A stretch of 64,000 bases of DNA from a virus. The stretch covers positions 7,695 through 71,694 of the IMG/VR virus record IMGVR_UViG_2706796252_000001; one strand, 5' to 3'. A program made the position numbers and the translations under genes. Positions 7,327-16,882 of the stretch are shown here, piece by piece (the first letter of the stretch is position 1; each line of letters starts with the position of its first letter). Under the pieces are notes generated by a model. The model was given only the letters and a program-made list of their open reading frames with translations. It searched no databases and was not told the DNA's origin.

Positions 7327-8160
7327 GTGTCCCAAGCCAATGAAAAAACAATCGAGCGGATCGGCAAGATCCTTCTCATCTTCAAAGCGTCCGAAGGCGA
7401 GATTCGTCCTCACTTCTGGTTGACCGGCCCTTCTGGTTCGGGCAAGTCCTTCAACATCATGGACCAGTGCAATCGCCTGGACATCATGCTGCCCATGACC
7501 GAGGTCAACTGTGCATCGCTGACCAAGGAAGGCTACTCCGGCCTGAGCCTGAGCAAGGCACTGGCCCCACTGGCTACCCTCGGCAATGTCCCCAACGTCG
7601 TATTCTGCGACGAGATGGACAAGCTGTTCCTCTCCGGTAATTCCAACGACAGCCATGCCAACGAGATCAGCATCGGCGTGCAGAACGAGTTCCTGCGTGT
7701 GCTGGAAGGCAGTACTACCCAGACCTTCGGCGACTACGGCAAGTACAACACGGTCAGCGTCGAGCGTTCCTTGTTCATCTTCGCCGGTGCGTTCAACGGC
7801 CAGGAGAACATGGACGCCACCGAACTGCTGAAGTGCGGCGTCAAGACCGAGTTCATCGGTCGTACTGGCTTGGTCTACAACCTGGAGAAACCGACCATGG
7901 AAGCCCTGGTCCAGTACCTCAAGGAATCGGAACTGTGGGCGAACTACCGCTCTCTGTTCCCGAAGGAAGACCACAAGAAGGCCGAGAAGTGGCTGATCAA
8001 GGAGATCGGCCGCCAGTATCCCGACAGCAACATTGGCGTCCGCTTGATCAACACCTTGATCCACCAGTACTACATCAACGCCGGCGAAGACTCCAAGCCC
8101 CAAGCGGGCAAGAAGGAGTTCGCCCGTATCCTCGACTTCAGCACCGGGAGACTGAAATGA
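7327..8160 (+). CDS. ClpX/HslU-like AAA+ ATPase (minimal)
   Basis: Walker A GPSGSGKS, pore loop EGYSG, Walker B FCDEMDK, VQNEFLRVLEG (ClpX VQQALLKLIEG), EFIGR, GVR; AAGGAG SD before GTG. Confidence 0.85.
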   Translation: MSQANEKTIERIGKILLIFKASEGEIRPHFWLTGPSGSGKSFNIMDQCNRLDIMLPMTEVNCASLTKEGYSGLSLSKALAPLATLGNVPNVVFCDEMDKLFLSGNSNDSHANEISIGVQNEFLRVLEGSTTQTFGDYGKYNTVSVERSLFIFAGAFNGQENMDATELLKCGVKTEFIGRTGLVYNLEKPTMEALVQYLKESELWANYRSLFPKEDHKKAEKWLIKEIGRQYPDSNIGVRLINTLIHQYYINAGEDSKPQAGKKEFARILDFSTGRLK

Positions 8161-8399
8161 GCAAGCTGCAAGACCTGCCTGTACTGATCGACCGTCCTGG
8201 GAACTACGTCACTCGTGACGGTTCCCGCGTGGTGATCTTCACTGTCACCGAGCGTCCCGAAGGCTACTCCATGCTGACCTTCGACGCTCGTGGCAGCTAC
8301 ACCAGGGTCAACAACACGGCCAAGCCCGAGTGCTGGCATATCAGCGGTCGGCTGCACGCTTTCCGGGAGCACCCGAAAGACGTAGTGGCCAAGGCTTAA
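8157..8399 (+). CDS. hypothetical protein (80 aa)
   Basis: ATGA overlap; PGNYVTRDG phage small-protein pattern; the track ORF from 7833 is an upstream extension. Confidence 0.75.
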   Translation: MSKLQDLPVLIDRPGNYVTRDGSRVVIFTVTERPEGYSMLTFDARGSYTRVNNTAKPECWHISGRLHAFREHPKDVVAKA

Positions 8400-8430
8400 A
8401 CCAATCAAATCAATCGTTTAGGAGTTCACC

Positions 8431-9501
8431 ATGCACTTCCCCCAGGAACAAGAAGTATCCATTTTCGATGCCAAGTTCATTGCCGAAGGTTTCCTACGTG
8501 CCGGCCTGAAGCCGATGATCCACGGTTCGCCGGGCATCGGTAAGTCGGCAGTGGCCCGTCAGATCGCCAAGGAAAACAACCTGAAGTTGATCGACCTGCG
8601 TCTCACCCAGATGGACCCGGCTGACCTCAATGGTTTGCCGAACCTCTCCGGCGAGCGTGCCAAGTTCCAGGTATTCGAGCAGTTCCCCCTGGTCGGCGAC
8701 GAGTTGCCCATCAACCCCGAAACCAAAGAACCCTTCGCTGGTTGGCTGCTGTTCCTCGACGAACTGACCAGTGCGGACGACGACCGTCAAGCGGCGGCCT
8801 ACAAGCTGATCCTGGATCGCCAGATAGGCAACGAGGATCTCCATCCGAAGTGCCTGGTCATGGGTGCCGGTAACCTCGAAACCGATGGTGCCATCGTCAA
8901 CCCGATGTCATCGGCTCTCATCAGCCGACTGCACCACATCGTGGTTCGGAATGACCTGAAGCGCTGGCTTCAAGTCGTGGCTCCCAAGCTGGACATCGCC
9001 ACCAAGGTACAAGCATTCCTGGAGTTCAGTCCCCGTGCGTTCTACACCTTCGATCCGCAGAACAGTGGTCGGGTCTATGCGTGTCCGCGTACCTGGGAAG
9101 ACTTCTCGAAGTGGTTCCTGAAGATGTCCCCGGAGCAAGACCCTCGTGCCCTGGACGACATGCTGAACCTCGCTGCTGCCATGGGCATCATCGGTACCGT
9201 GGCCACCGACTTCAAGGCGTTCCTGGCCTACTTCGGTCGCCTGCCGAGCCTGGAAGAGATCCTGACTTCCCCGAGCACGATCTACGTGCCGAAGGATGAG
9301 CCGGGTCTGATGTTCGCCATGTGCTCGATGCTGGCGGATAACGCCAAGGTGGACAACATCGAGAAGATCCTGATCTTCCTCGACCGGTTCAACCCGGACC
9401 ACATGGTGATCACTCTGCGTATGGCTTGCCAGCGTAACAAGGGTCTGATTCAGAACCCGCGTATCTCGGAGTGGGTGAAGAAGAACCTGAACATGTTCTA
9501 A
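8431..9501 (+). CDS. MoxR-like AAA+ ATPase (N4 gp24-like)
   Basis: HGSPGIGKS Walker A, LFLDELT Walker B, GAGN sensor, ALISR arginine finger; VWA partner downstream. Confidence 0.88.
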   Translation: MHFPQEQEVSIFDAKFIAEGFLRAGLKPMIHGSPGIGKSAVARQIAKENNLKLIDLRLTQMDPADLNGLPNLSGERAKFQVFEQFPLVGDELPINPETKEPFAGWLLFLDELTSADDDRQAAAYKLILDRQIGNEDLHPKCLVMGAGNLETDGAIVNPMSSALISRLHHIVVRNDLKRWLQVVAPKLDIATKVQAFLEFSPRAFYTFDPQNSGRVYACPRTWEDFSKWFLKMSPEQDPRALDDMLNLAAAMGIIGTVATDFKAFLAYFGRLPSLEEILTSPSTIYVPKDEPGLMFAMCSMLADNAKVDNIEKILIFLDRFNPDHMVITLRMACQRNKGLIQNPRISEWVKKNLNMF

Positions 9502-9512
9502 AGGAGAATCCA

Positions 9513-10031
9513 GTGAGTGGTCGATGGGAACTTTTTATGGTTCGTCAAGAAGACCTCACAGGTCAAGCAATAGTTGACGAGTATGCAAACAGCGACTCCC
9601 CCAATCGACTACTCTCTGGAGAATTCGAAGGCTGGAGAGTTAGCATTTATGAAAAAGATATCCAGAACGGGATCAAGCTCGGTACTAAATCAGTACTAGA
9701 AAAACTAGCATCTGAATTTTGTCCGTACGTAGTTACCGTTAAGCCCCCAGACGGCTCATATGTAACACCTGGTCTTTATGTGGGTCACTGCCGTAATAGT
9801 GAAAGCCAATACAACCAGAGTTACTCTCGACTAGGTGGTACCGCAGCTTCAATTAATGAAGTGGTGGAGCTAATAAGAATAACCAATCCACTAAATGGTC
9901 ACTGGATTTTTGACGAAGAAGAAGTTTTCGTGGCCCAGTCTCTGGCTGTTGTTTCCTTAATACCTGAAACCCACAATCAAGTTGAGTGGTGCAAGTTCGC
10001 TAAGGCGATGGCCATCATCGGAGGTGAGTAA
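9513..10031 (+). CDS. hypothetical protein, lower-GC insertion
   Basis: AAGGAG SD before GTG 9513; 172 aa; visibly AT-richer than the flanking genes. Confidence 0.75.
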   Translation: MSGRWELFMVRQEDLTGQAIVDEYANSDSPNRLLSGEFEGWRVSIYEKDIQNGIKLGTKSVLEKLASEFCPYVVTVKPPDGSYVTPGLYVGHCRNSESQYNQSYSRLGGTAASINEVVELIRITNPLNGHWIFDEEEVFVAQSLAVVSLIPETHNQVEWCKFAKAMAIIGGE

Positions 10032-11260
10032 TGACTGATCGTTCTGCTGAAGACATCGCCCTTTCCAAGGCGAAGATCCGAATCATAGGAGACTCCAAGG
10101 TGAGTTTCTACGCCAACATCATGATGGGCCTGAAGTACGTGTGGGAAGAGGGCATGGGTACTGCTGCCATTGACGGCGTGACCATGTTCATCGACCCCAA
10201 GTTCTTCATGTCCCTCGACGACATGAGCCGCAAGACTGTGATCCTCCACGAGATTGAACACGTCTGGCGGCATCACATTGGTAAGGCTCGTATGGGTGAC
10301 CGTGACCCCGTGCTGTACAACATCGCAGGGGACCACGTAATCAACAACAACCTCTTGGCTTGTGGCTACGGCCCCATCTCCTGGACGGACTACAGGACTG
10401 GTGCCAAGTGCAACTGGGTGTGCGATCCGAAGTTCGCCGACATGTCCACCGAGGATGTCTACGCTGCCCTCTATCAGGAGCAGCAGACCCAAGGTGGTGG
10501 TGGCTTGTCTTCACCAATGCAGGGAAATAGCGGCAGTGGTAACCCGGTGCCGTTCGATGACATCTCCCGGCCTGCACCGACCAAGGACGATGGTACCCCC
10601 ATGTCCGAGACGGAGATCCAGGGAGCCATCAACGATCTGATCCTCAGTGCTGCTACTGCTGCTCGTGCCAATGGCAACCCTGGGTCCATTCCAGGCGAGG
10701 TGCAGGTGTTCATAGACAGCCTGATGTTCCCTAAGCTGCCCCTGCCTCACCTCCTGCGTCAGTTCTTCCAGGTGGTGAAGCGAGGCGGCTTCACCTGGGC
10801 ACGTCCCAATCGCCGGCTGATCAACAGGTACTACCTGCCCTCACGTCGCGGTAAGGCACTCCTGCGGATTGCCATCGCAATGGACCTGTCGGAATCGGTC
10901 AGCAACGAAGAGATCCGCCGCTACCTGTCGGAGATCGCCAACATCTTCGTCACGCTGAAACCAACACAGCTGGATATCATCCAGTTCGACGCTTCCATCC
11001 GTTCGGTGGATACGGTCCCCAACCTCAATGCCCTCATGAACATGGAGTTGAAGGGCCGGGGTGGTACCTGCATTGCCCCTGTGATGCAGTGGGCCGCAGA
11101 GAACAAACCTCACGCATTGGTGGTGTTCTCTGATGGGGAGTTCCACCACTACAACAACAACCCAGGAGTACCAATTCTATGGTTGATACACCCGTACAAC
11201 AGGAAATCGAACTGGAAAGCCCCGTACGGGCAAGTGATCCTGTTCGATCCGAAGGAGTAG
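10031..11260 (+). CDS. metallopeptidase-like plus VWA domain protein (N4 gp25-like)
   Basis: HEIEH zinc motif; MIDAS DLSES; GRGGT; VFSDG. Confidence 0.88.
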   Translation: MTDRSAEDIALSKAKIRIIGDSKVSFYANIMMGLKYVWEEGMGTAAIDGVTMFIDPKFFMSLDDMSRKTVILHEIEHVWRHHIGKARMGDRDPVLYNIAGDHVINNNLLACGYGPISWTDYRTGAKCNWVCDPKFADMSTEDVYAALYQEQQTQGGGGLSSPMQGNSGSGNPVPFDDISRPAPTKDDGTPMSETEIQGAINDLILSAATAARANGNPGSIPGEVQVFIDSLMFPKLPLPHLLRQFFQVVKRGGFTWARPNRRLINRYYLPSRRGKALLRIAIAMDLSESVSNEEIRRYLSEIANIFVTLKPTQLDIIQFDASIRSVDTVPNLNALMNMELKGRGGTCIAPVMQWAAENKPHALVVFSDGEFHHYNNNPGVPILWLIHPYNRKSNWKAPYGQVILFDPKE

Positions 11261-12516
11261 ACAAGCCTGCTCCCTTCGTACTGACGCCCGGCCAGGAAGC
11301 CGGGTTTCAGACCTTCATCAACTTCTACACCAACCCCAATGCCCAGGTAATGGTCCTCAAGGGCTGGTCAGGAACTGGCAAGTCCACTCTGATTCGTCGA
11401 ATACTCGACGAGATGGAGACTCTGGATCGCGCCCTGTCTACCCTGGACGACAACTTCGAGCCGTTCGAACCCCTGCTGACAGCCACCACAAACCAAGCAT
11501 GTGATGCTCTGGCGGTGGCCATGAAGGAGTTCAACCACGAGGTCAAGACCATTCACCGGGCATTGGGCCTTCGTCTCCGCACCGACTACAAGACGGGCAA
11601 GAGCGAACTGATGCCCATCCGCAACTTCGACATTCCGTTCCGTTGCCTGATCGTGGTGGACGAAGCCAGCTACATCGACCCTGCGCTGCTCCAGTTCTGC
11701 TTCGACAGAACGGACTGCTGCAAATTCATCTTCGTCGGCGACGACTGCCAGCTGACTCCGGTCGGTACCAACATCATGCCTGCCTTCGCCATGAAGGACA
11801 TCGTGGTGGAACTGACCGAGGTCAAGCGTCAGAACAGTGGACCTCTGCTGGACCTCTGCAATGCTTTCCGTCACACGGTGAAGACGGGTGAATGGCCGAA
11901 GATCCAGTTGGACGGTGACCAGCTGATCCATGTACCACGGGACAAGTTCGTAGAGATGGCGGAAGATGCCTTCCAGAACCCCCAGGTGCACGGCAGCACC
12001 AAGGTATTGGCTTACACCAATGCCTGTGTGACCGAGTACAACAGACACTTCTCCCAACTGCTGCTCGGCTCCAGCGATCCGCAGGTAGGTCAGAAGATGC
12101 TGGTGAACGAAGCCGTCATCAACAAGCATGCCCAGCTGTCCAACGGATCCGAGGTGGTGATCGAAGACATTCGTCCAACCAGAGAGTTTGACGTGGACGG
12201 CTACCTCGTGAAGCTGATGCATCACAGCAGCAGCTTCTTCCTGCCCAAGTCCCTCAAGGATCGCAAGGACCGGGAGAAGCTGGCTCGGAAAGAGGAGGAT
12301 TACAAGATCCTTCAGCTGATCGACCAGAACTGGGTAGACCTTCGGCCTGCCTTCTCGTGCACCGTGAACAAGTCGCAGGGCTCCACCTACGATACGGTGT
12401 TCATCGACCTGGACAACATCTGTGGCAAGGTACACCGCCCGAACGCCCTGGCACGCCTTCTTTATGTTGGCTTCAGCCGAGCACGTAGACGGGTGGTCAT
12501 GACAGGAGACATGTGA
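11179..12516 (+). CDS. Dda/RecD-like SF1B DNA helicase
   Basis: GWSGTGKS Walker A, VVDEAS, VGDDCQL, EVKRQ, TVNKSQGSTY, LYVGFSRA. Confidence 0.92.
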   Translation: MVDTPVQQEIELESPVRASDPVRSEGVDKPAPFVLTPGQEAGFQTFINFYTNPNAQVMVLKGWSGTGKSTLIRRILDEMETLDRALSTLDDNFEPFEPLLTATTNQACDALAVAMKEFNHEVKTIHRALGLRLRTDYKTGKSELMPIRNFDIPFRCLIVVDEASYIDPALLQFCFDRTDCCKFIFVGDDCQLTPVGTNIMPAFAMKDIVVELTEVKRQNSGPLLDLCNAFRHTVKTGEWPKIQLDGDQLIHVPRDKFVEMAEDAFQNPQVHGSTKVLAYTNACVTEYNRHFSQLLLGSSDPQVGQKMLVNEAVINKHAQLSNGSEVVIEDIRPTREFDVDGYLVKLMHHSSSFFLPKSLKDRKDREKLARKEEDYKILQLIDQNWVDLRPAFSCTVNKSQGSTYDTVFIDLDNICGKVHRPNALARLLYVGFSRARRRVVMTGDM

Positions 12517-13043
12517 TGCAAGCGAGAACCCCGGAGTTCCTGATCTTCAAGAGGGCAGTGAAGGACTGCTTGGATCACTTCCTCTATGCTCCGGTGAGGA
12601 AGGCTTTCCAGGAGCGGATGAACGAACTGATCATCGCGGATGCTGTAGCCCGAGGTGATGGCATCCGGGCGTTCTGCCACCGTGGTCGCAACTTCATGAT
12701 CCCTGGAGAAAAGCCCAACTTCCGCTACTTTCCCCGGCTGAGTCGTAGCAACCGAGTGCTCGTAGACAGTCTTCTGTCCGAGTACGACCCGGTGCTGGTA
12801 GACGAGCGTGACTCTGTGCTCACGTTCATCAGCCAGGTGCTCAACAAGTCTGACGAACCGTCGGAGTACCTCAAGATGTTCCCCAGTGGTTTACGGGAAC
12901 CTCTGAAGAGGGTCTATGAGCACTTTGGCTTGCCGGTGGAAGGGGTGGAATTCCCGACCGAAAGTCCCATAGGTTCAAACCAAGCGGGTTGGGATAAGCT
13001 CTGCACCCGCGTTGGATTGAACCTTGTACTAGGAGGACTGTGA
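12513..13043 (+). CDS. hypothetical protein
   Basis: 176 aa between helicase and polymerase, overlapping both. Confidence 0.8.
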   Translation: MMQARTPEFLIFKRAVKDCLDHFLYAPVRKAFQERMNELIIADAVARGDGIRAFCHRGRNFMIPGEKPNFRYFPRLSRSNRVLVDSLLSEYDPVLVDERDSVLTFISQVLNKSDEPSEYLKMFPSGLREPLKRVYEHFGLPVEGVEFPTESPIGSNQAGWDKLCTRVGLNLVLGGL

Positions 13044-15658
13044 TGAAGTACATCACCTGGGAAGAACAGGATAGCTACCCTGTGGCTATCCTGATCAAGG
13101 AGGCAGCGGTGAGTCGGTCAGCCGCTGAATCCACTTACATCAAGCAGCTGGAAGGTCTTGGTGTTCCCCGCAAGAATGTCATCGTGATCTCACTGGATTA
13201 CGAGGGCAAGAAGGTATCTGCCAAGGCGATCAAAGAGTGTATCAAGGATCGCGACCAGCTACTGCGGGATCTTGGAGTGCAGTATGCCTACGTGGCTGAC
13301 TCCAAGTACTTCAAGGAGTGGGCCAAGCGGAAGACAGATGCCGATTTCGGCAATCTGTCCCCACCCGCTGGTTACGATCCTGGGTACTTGGTGACTCCAG
13401 GAGTGAACCACCAGGTGCTGTTGTTCGATCCAGGGCAGATGCACAGGCTCAGCCGTGGTTTCAAAGCCATCGTTGACCATGCCAATGGGGTGTATCGGCC
13501 CGTAGGATCTGACCTGCTGCACGATGTCACGTACATCTACCGAGGCCACGTAAGCCAAGCCAAGGAAGCCCTGGCCAAGCTCATGGACAAGCCGGAGATA
13601 TCCTGTGATATCGAGGGCTTCAGCCTCAGTATGTTCGATTCAGGCATTGCCACCATTGGCTTCGCCTGGAGTGAGCACGATGCTGTACAGATCCAGTGTG
13701 ACTACCGGGAGATGTTGCAGGATGAGAACAAGCACCACGGATACTACGAGCCGAACGCAGAGATGCGGGAAGTGCTCAAGTGGTTCTTCACTGAGTACCC
13801 TGGGCGAATCATCTACCATCGTGCAAACCATGACGTGAAGGTTCTGATCTACACCCTTTTCATGGAGCATGACCTCGATAAAGAGGGTATGCACCGTGGA
13901 TTGGAGATCATGACTCCACGGATGGACGATACCAAGATCATTGCGTATCTCGCACTGAACTCAACCGCTGATGTCAGCTACTCCCTGAAAGACCTGGGGC
14001 AGGAACATGCGGGTAACTGGGCACAGGACGAGATCAAGGACATCCGGCTGATTCAGCTGGACGATCTCATGAAGTACAACGCGGTGGATGCGGTGACGAC
14101 CGTATGGGTGAAGAACAAGTATTACCCCATCATGGTGCAAGACCAGCAGGAAGCTCTCTACCACGGCCTGTTCAAGGACAGCTTGGACCTGATCATTCAG
14201 ATGGAACTCGTGGGCATGCCCATGAATCCGAAGAAGATCACGGAGGTCAATACTGAACTGAACAACTTGCGGGACGGGTACCACAATACTGTGATGAGCC
14301 ACCCCGCAGTCGCCAAGGTGGAAGTGCTGATCCAAACCAGCGAGATGGAGAAGGCCAATGCCAAGCTGAAGACTATCCAGCATCCGCTGAGCAAGTTTTC
14401 GCACATTCGGTTCAACCCCAACTCTGGCCCGCAAGTGGCTCGTCTGCTGCATGAAGTACTCGGCCTTCCTGTGCTGGACGTAACGGCGACCAAGCAACCC
14501 TCCACCAGTGGGGGTACGCTGAAGAAGCTGCTGAACCACATCAAGGCGGAGCCGTACAAGGATCTCATCCAAGCCCTTATGGACCTGGGTGCCGTGGAAA
14601 AGGTCATCTCTGCTTTCATGCCAGCCTTCAAGGCGGGTCGAATGAAGGCGGACGGAATGATGTACCTACACGGTTCATTCAACCTTGGCGGCACCATCTC
14701 TGGTCGGCTGTCATCCTCGGACCCCAACCTGCAAAACCTCCCAGCTGGCTCGACCTACGGAAAGCTGGTGAAGTCCCTCTTCTGTGCGCCGCCCGGCTTC
14801 CTCTTCGGAGGGGCTGACTTCGCTGCACTAGAAGACCGGATCAACGCCCTACTCACCCAAGACCCGAACAAAATCAAGGTGTACACCGATGGCTACGATG
14901 GTCACTCGATGCGTACCTTTGCGTTCTGGCCTGGCAAGTGTGAAGGGATCATGGATACGGTGGACTCCATCAACTCGATCCAGAAGGTCTACCCGGATCT
15001 GCGGAGCAAAGCCAAGACTCCACACTTCCTACTCCAGTATGGGGGCAGTTGGATGGGTCTGGTGCGGCAGGTGGGTTTCTCGGATCAGGAAGCTCAGGAG
15101 ATCGAAACCAACTACAACAAGCTCTATCACGTAAGCAATGAGTGGGTGGCTGGTGAGATCGACAAGGCGACCAAGACCGGGTACGTGGAACTGGCCTTCA
15201 ATCTACGGCTGAGAACGCCACTGTTGGGGTCCACTATTCTTGGCTTGAAGGCGACTCCCAAGGAGGCCGCTGCTGAGTCCCGTAGTGCGGGTAACGCAGT
15301 GTCCGGTCAATCCTGGGGTCTACTGACCAACCGTGCTGCTGTGGAATTCCGCAAGCTGCTACTGGCCAGTCCCTACAAGCTGAAGGTAGAGATCATCTCT
15401 CTGATCCACGATGCGATCTACGTGATGTGGCCAGATGATCCTGATATCACTGTGTGGGTCAACAACACTCTTTGCAAGTGTATGGCTTGGCAGGACGATC
15501 CCAAGATCAACGACATGCGGGTACCACTCGGTGCCAACCTGGACATCTTCTGGCCCAGCTGGCGTGAAGCCTGCACCCTGGACTACCCCATCACCAAGGA
15601 ACGCCTCATCGAGCAATGCAGGGAACATGCTGCTGCACTCAAGGAGAAAGCCAAGTGA
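13040..15658 (+). CDS. DNA polymerase, family A, with 3'-5' exonuclease
   Basis: Exo I CDIEG, Exo III YNAVDA, SGRLSSSDPNLQN, motif A GADFAALEDR, motif B KTPHFLLQYG, motif C IHDA. Confidence 0.96.
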   Translation: MMKYITWEEQDSYPVAILIKEAAVSRSAAESTYIKQLEGLGVPRKNVIVISLDYEGKKVSAKAIKECIKDRDQLLRDLGVQYAYVADSKYFKEWAKRKTDADFGNLSPPAGYDPGYLVTPGVNHQVLLFDPGQMHRLSRGFKAIVDHANGVYRPVGSDLLHDVTYIYRGHVSQAKEALAKLMDKPEISCDIEGFSLSMFDSGIATIGFAWSEHDAVQIQCDYREMLQDENKHHGYYEPNAEMREVLKWFFTEYPGRIIYHRANHDVKVLIYTLFMEHDLDKEGMHRGLEIMTPRMDDTKIIAYLALNSTADVSYSLKDLGQEHAGNWAQDEIKDIRLIQLDDLMKYNAVDAVTTVWVKNKYYPIMVQDQQEALYHGLFKDSLDLIIQMELVGMPMNPKKITEVNTELNNLRDGYHNTVMSHPAVAKVEVLIQTSEMEKANAKLKTIQHPLSKFSHIRFNPNSGPQVARLLHEVLGLPVLDVTATKQPSTSGGTLKKLLNHIKAEPYKDLIQALMDLGAVEKVISAFMPAFKAGRMKADGMMYLHGSFNLGGTISGRLSSSDPNLQNLPAGSTYGKLVKSLFCAPPGFLFGGADFAALEDRINALLTQDPNKIKVYTDGYDGHSMRTFAFWPGKCEGIMDTVDSINSIQKVYPDLRSKAKTPHFLLQYGGSWMGLVRQVGFSDQEAQEIETNYNKLYHVSNEWVAGEIDKATKTGYVELAFNLRLRTPLLGSTILGLKATPKEAAAESRSAGNAVSGQSWGLLTNRAAVEFRKLLLASPYKLKVEIISLIHDAIYVMWPDDPDITVWVNNTLCKCMAWQDDPKINDMRVPLGANLDIFWPSWREACTLDYPITKERLIEQCREHAAALKEKAK

Positions 15659-15879
15659 CTACTACCTGCTGGGTAAATGACCACGAGATCACCGTGACGC
15701 AAGGCGTAATTGCCTTGCGTAAGGACGGTGTACTCGTTCACGAATGCGGCGGCCTATGGGCGGCCTGCGACTTTGCGAGAGGTATCAACAGTGCTGAAAG
15801 CCCCGGACCCGAGGTCGATGAAGTACAGGAAGCTGTACATGTCGATAGCGGTGAATGCGGCCAGGCAGAGTGTAGCTGA
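15655..15879 (+). CDS. hypothetical protein
   Basis: AAGGAG SD, GTGA overlap with the polymerase stop; 74 aa. Confidence 0.65.
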   Translation: MTTTCWVNDHEITVTQGVIALRKDGVLVHECGGLWAACDFARGINSAESPGPEVDEVQEAVHVDSGECGQAECS

Positions 15880-16309
15880 ACGCCATCAAGTTGGAGGGGT
15901 GCTGGTCACTACGACCGGTGCCCTCTTCACTGGGTGGAACGGCACCATGCCTGGAACCAACAACTGCTGTGAGAACGGCGAGTACCTTCGGGAAGAAACT
16001 CGCTTCAAAACCAGCCCCTATGGGGTGATCCACGCCGAGCACAACATCTTGGCTTGGGCATCCCGTTCTGGTGTACCCCTGGACAACTCTGTCCTTTGGG
16101 TCACTCGGGCACCCTGCGTACGCTGTGCAGAAATGATCGCAACCCATGGTGTTCATCTCGTGCTGTACCGGGATGATCACGATGATCCTCAAGGGGCGCA
16201 GGTACTCGCCATGGGCAACATCCGAGCCATGAGTTGGAGCACCCTGGACTCCCTTATCACCGAACACGGGGGTCACCACGTTGTCTCGAAAACCCTGCTC
16301 GCTTACTGA
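15818..16309 (+). CDS. dCMP deaminase
   Basis: VGGVLV, GWNG, HAEHN and PCVRC zinc motifs; start re-assigned to ATG 15818 (GAGGT SD). Confidence 0.92.
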   Translation: MKYRKLYMSIAVNAARQSVAERHQVGGVLVTTTGALFTGWNGTMPGTNNCCENGEYLREETRFKTSPYGVIHAEHNILAWASRSGVPLDNSVLWVTRAPCVRCAEMIATHGVHLVLYRDDHDDPQGAQVLAMGNIRAMSWSTLDSLITEHGGHHVVSKTLLAY

Positions 16310-16481
16310 CCGGAAGTCCTACTGGGCTTCCTTCAACCATATGATCAAGCACTTCGGAAGCGTAGAGGAAGCTGAATCTGCTATCGCTTCCGGTCGTGCT
16401 GTCTATGGGAAACCAACAGTGCCCAAGGGTTACATCTTGGGCACTGACATCAAAGGCATGTACGTGCTGCATAAGGAGTAG
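16281..16481 (+). CDS. hypothetical protein
   Basis: 66-aa ORF filling the gap in the operon. Confidence 0.65.
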   Translation: MSRKPCSLTDRKSYWASFNHMIKHFGSVEEAESAIASGRAVYGKPTVPKGYILGTDIKGMYVLHKE

Positions 16482-16483
16482 TC

Positions 16484-16882
16484 ATGGCGAAGAAAGCCAA
16501 ACTGAAAGCTGATTGGACTCCGGGTAAGTTGGGTCATGCGCCTGTCAACGGACGGTATTTCTTCGTCAACCGTACGACTCGCATGACCCACACCTGGACA
16601 ATCGGACAACTGCCTGTGCCTGAAGGGTACGAGCAGGTGTCCATGAAAGAGTACGACCTCTTCCGGTCTGAGAACCGGATGATGTCCAAGAAGAAACTGT
16701 TGTCACACATCAAGGGAGCAGTACCGTGTTCGAAGGACGCAGGAAAGAAATCCGGGAGCGAATCGAAGCCCGCTGCAAAGTCGAAGACACGGGCTTCATC
16801 CTCGACAACAAGCCAAGCCCCTGCCACCTCTGGCAAGGCCCGGATTCAGGTACGGGCAGGGGCGGTGGTTACGGGCGAATGA
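16484..16882 (+). CDS. hypothetical basic protein
   Basis: AAGGAG SD; 132 aa; the low-complexity C-terminal tail overlaps the HNH gene. Confidence 0.7.
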   Translation: MAKKAKLKADWTPGKLGHAPVNGRYFFVNRTTRMTHTWTIGQLPVPEGYEQVSMKEYDLFRSENRMMSKKKLLSHIKGAVPCSKDAGKKSGSESKPAAKSKTRASSSTTSQAPATSGKARIQVRAGAVVTGE

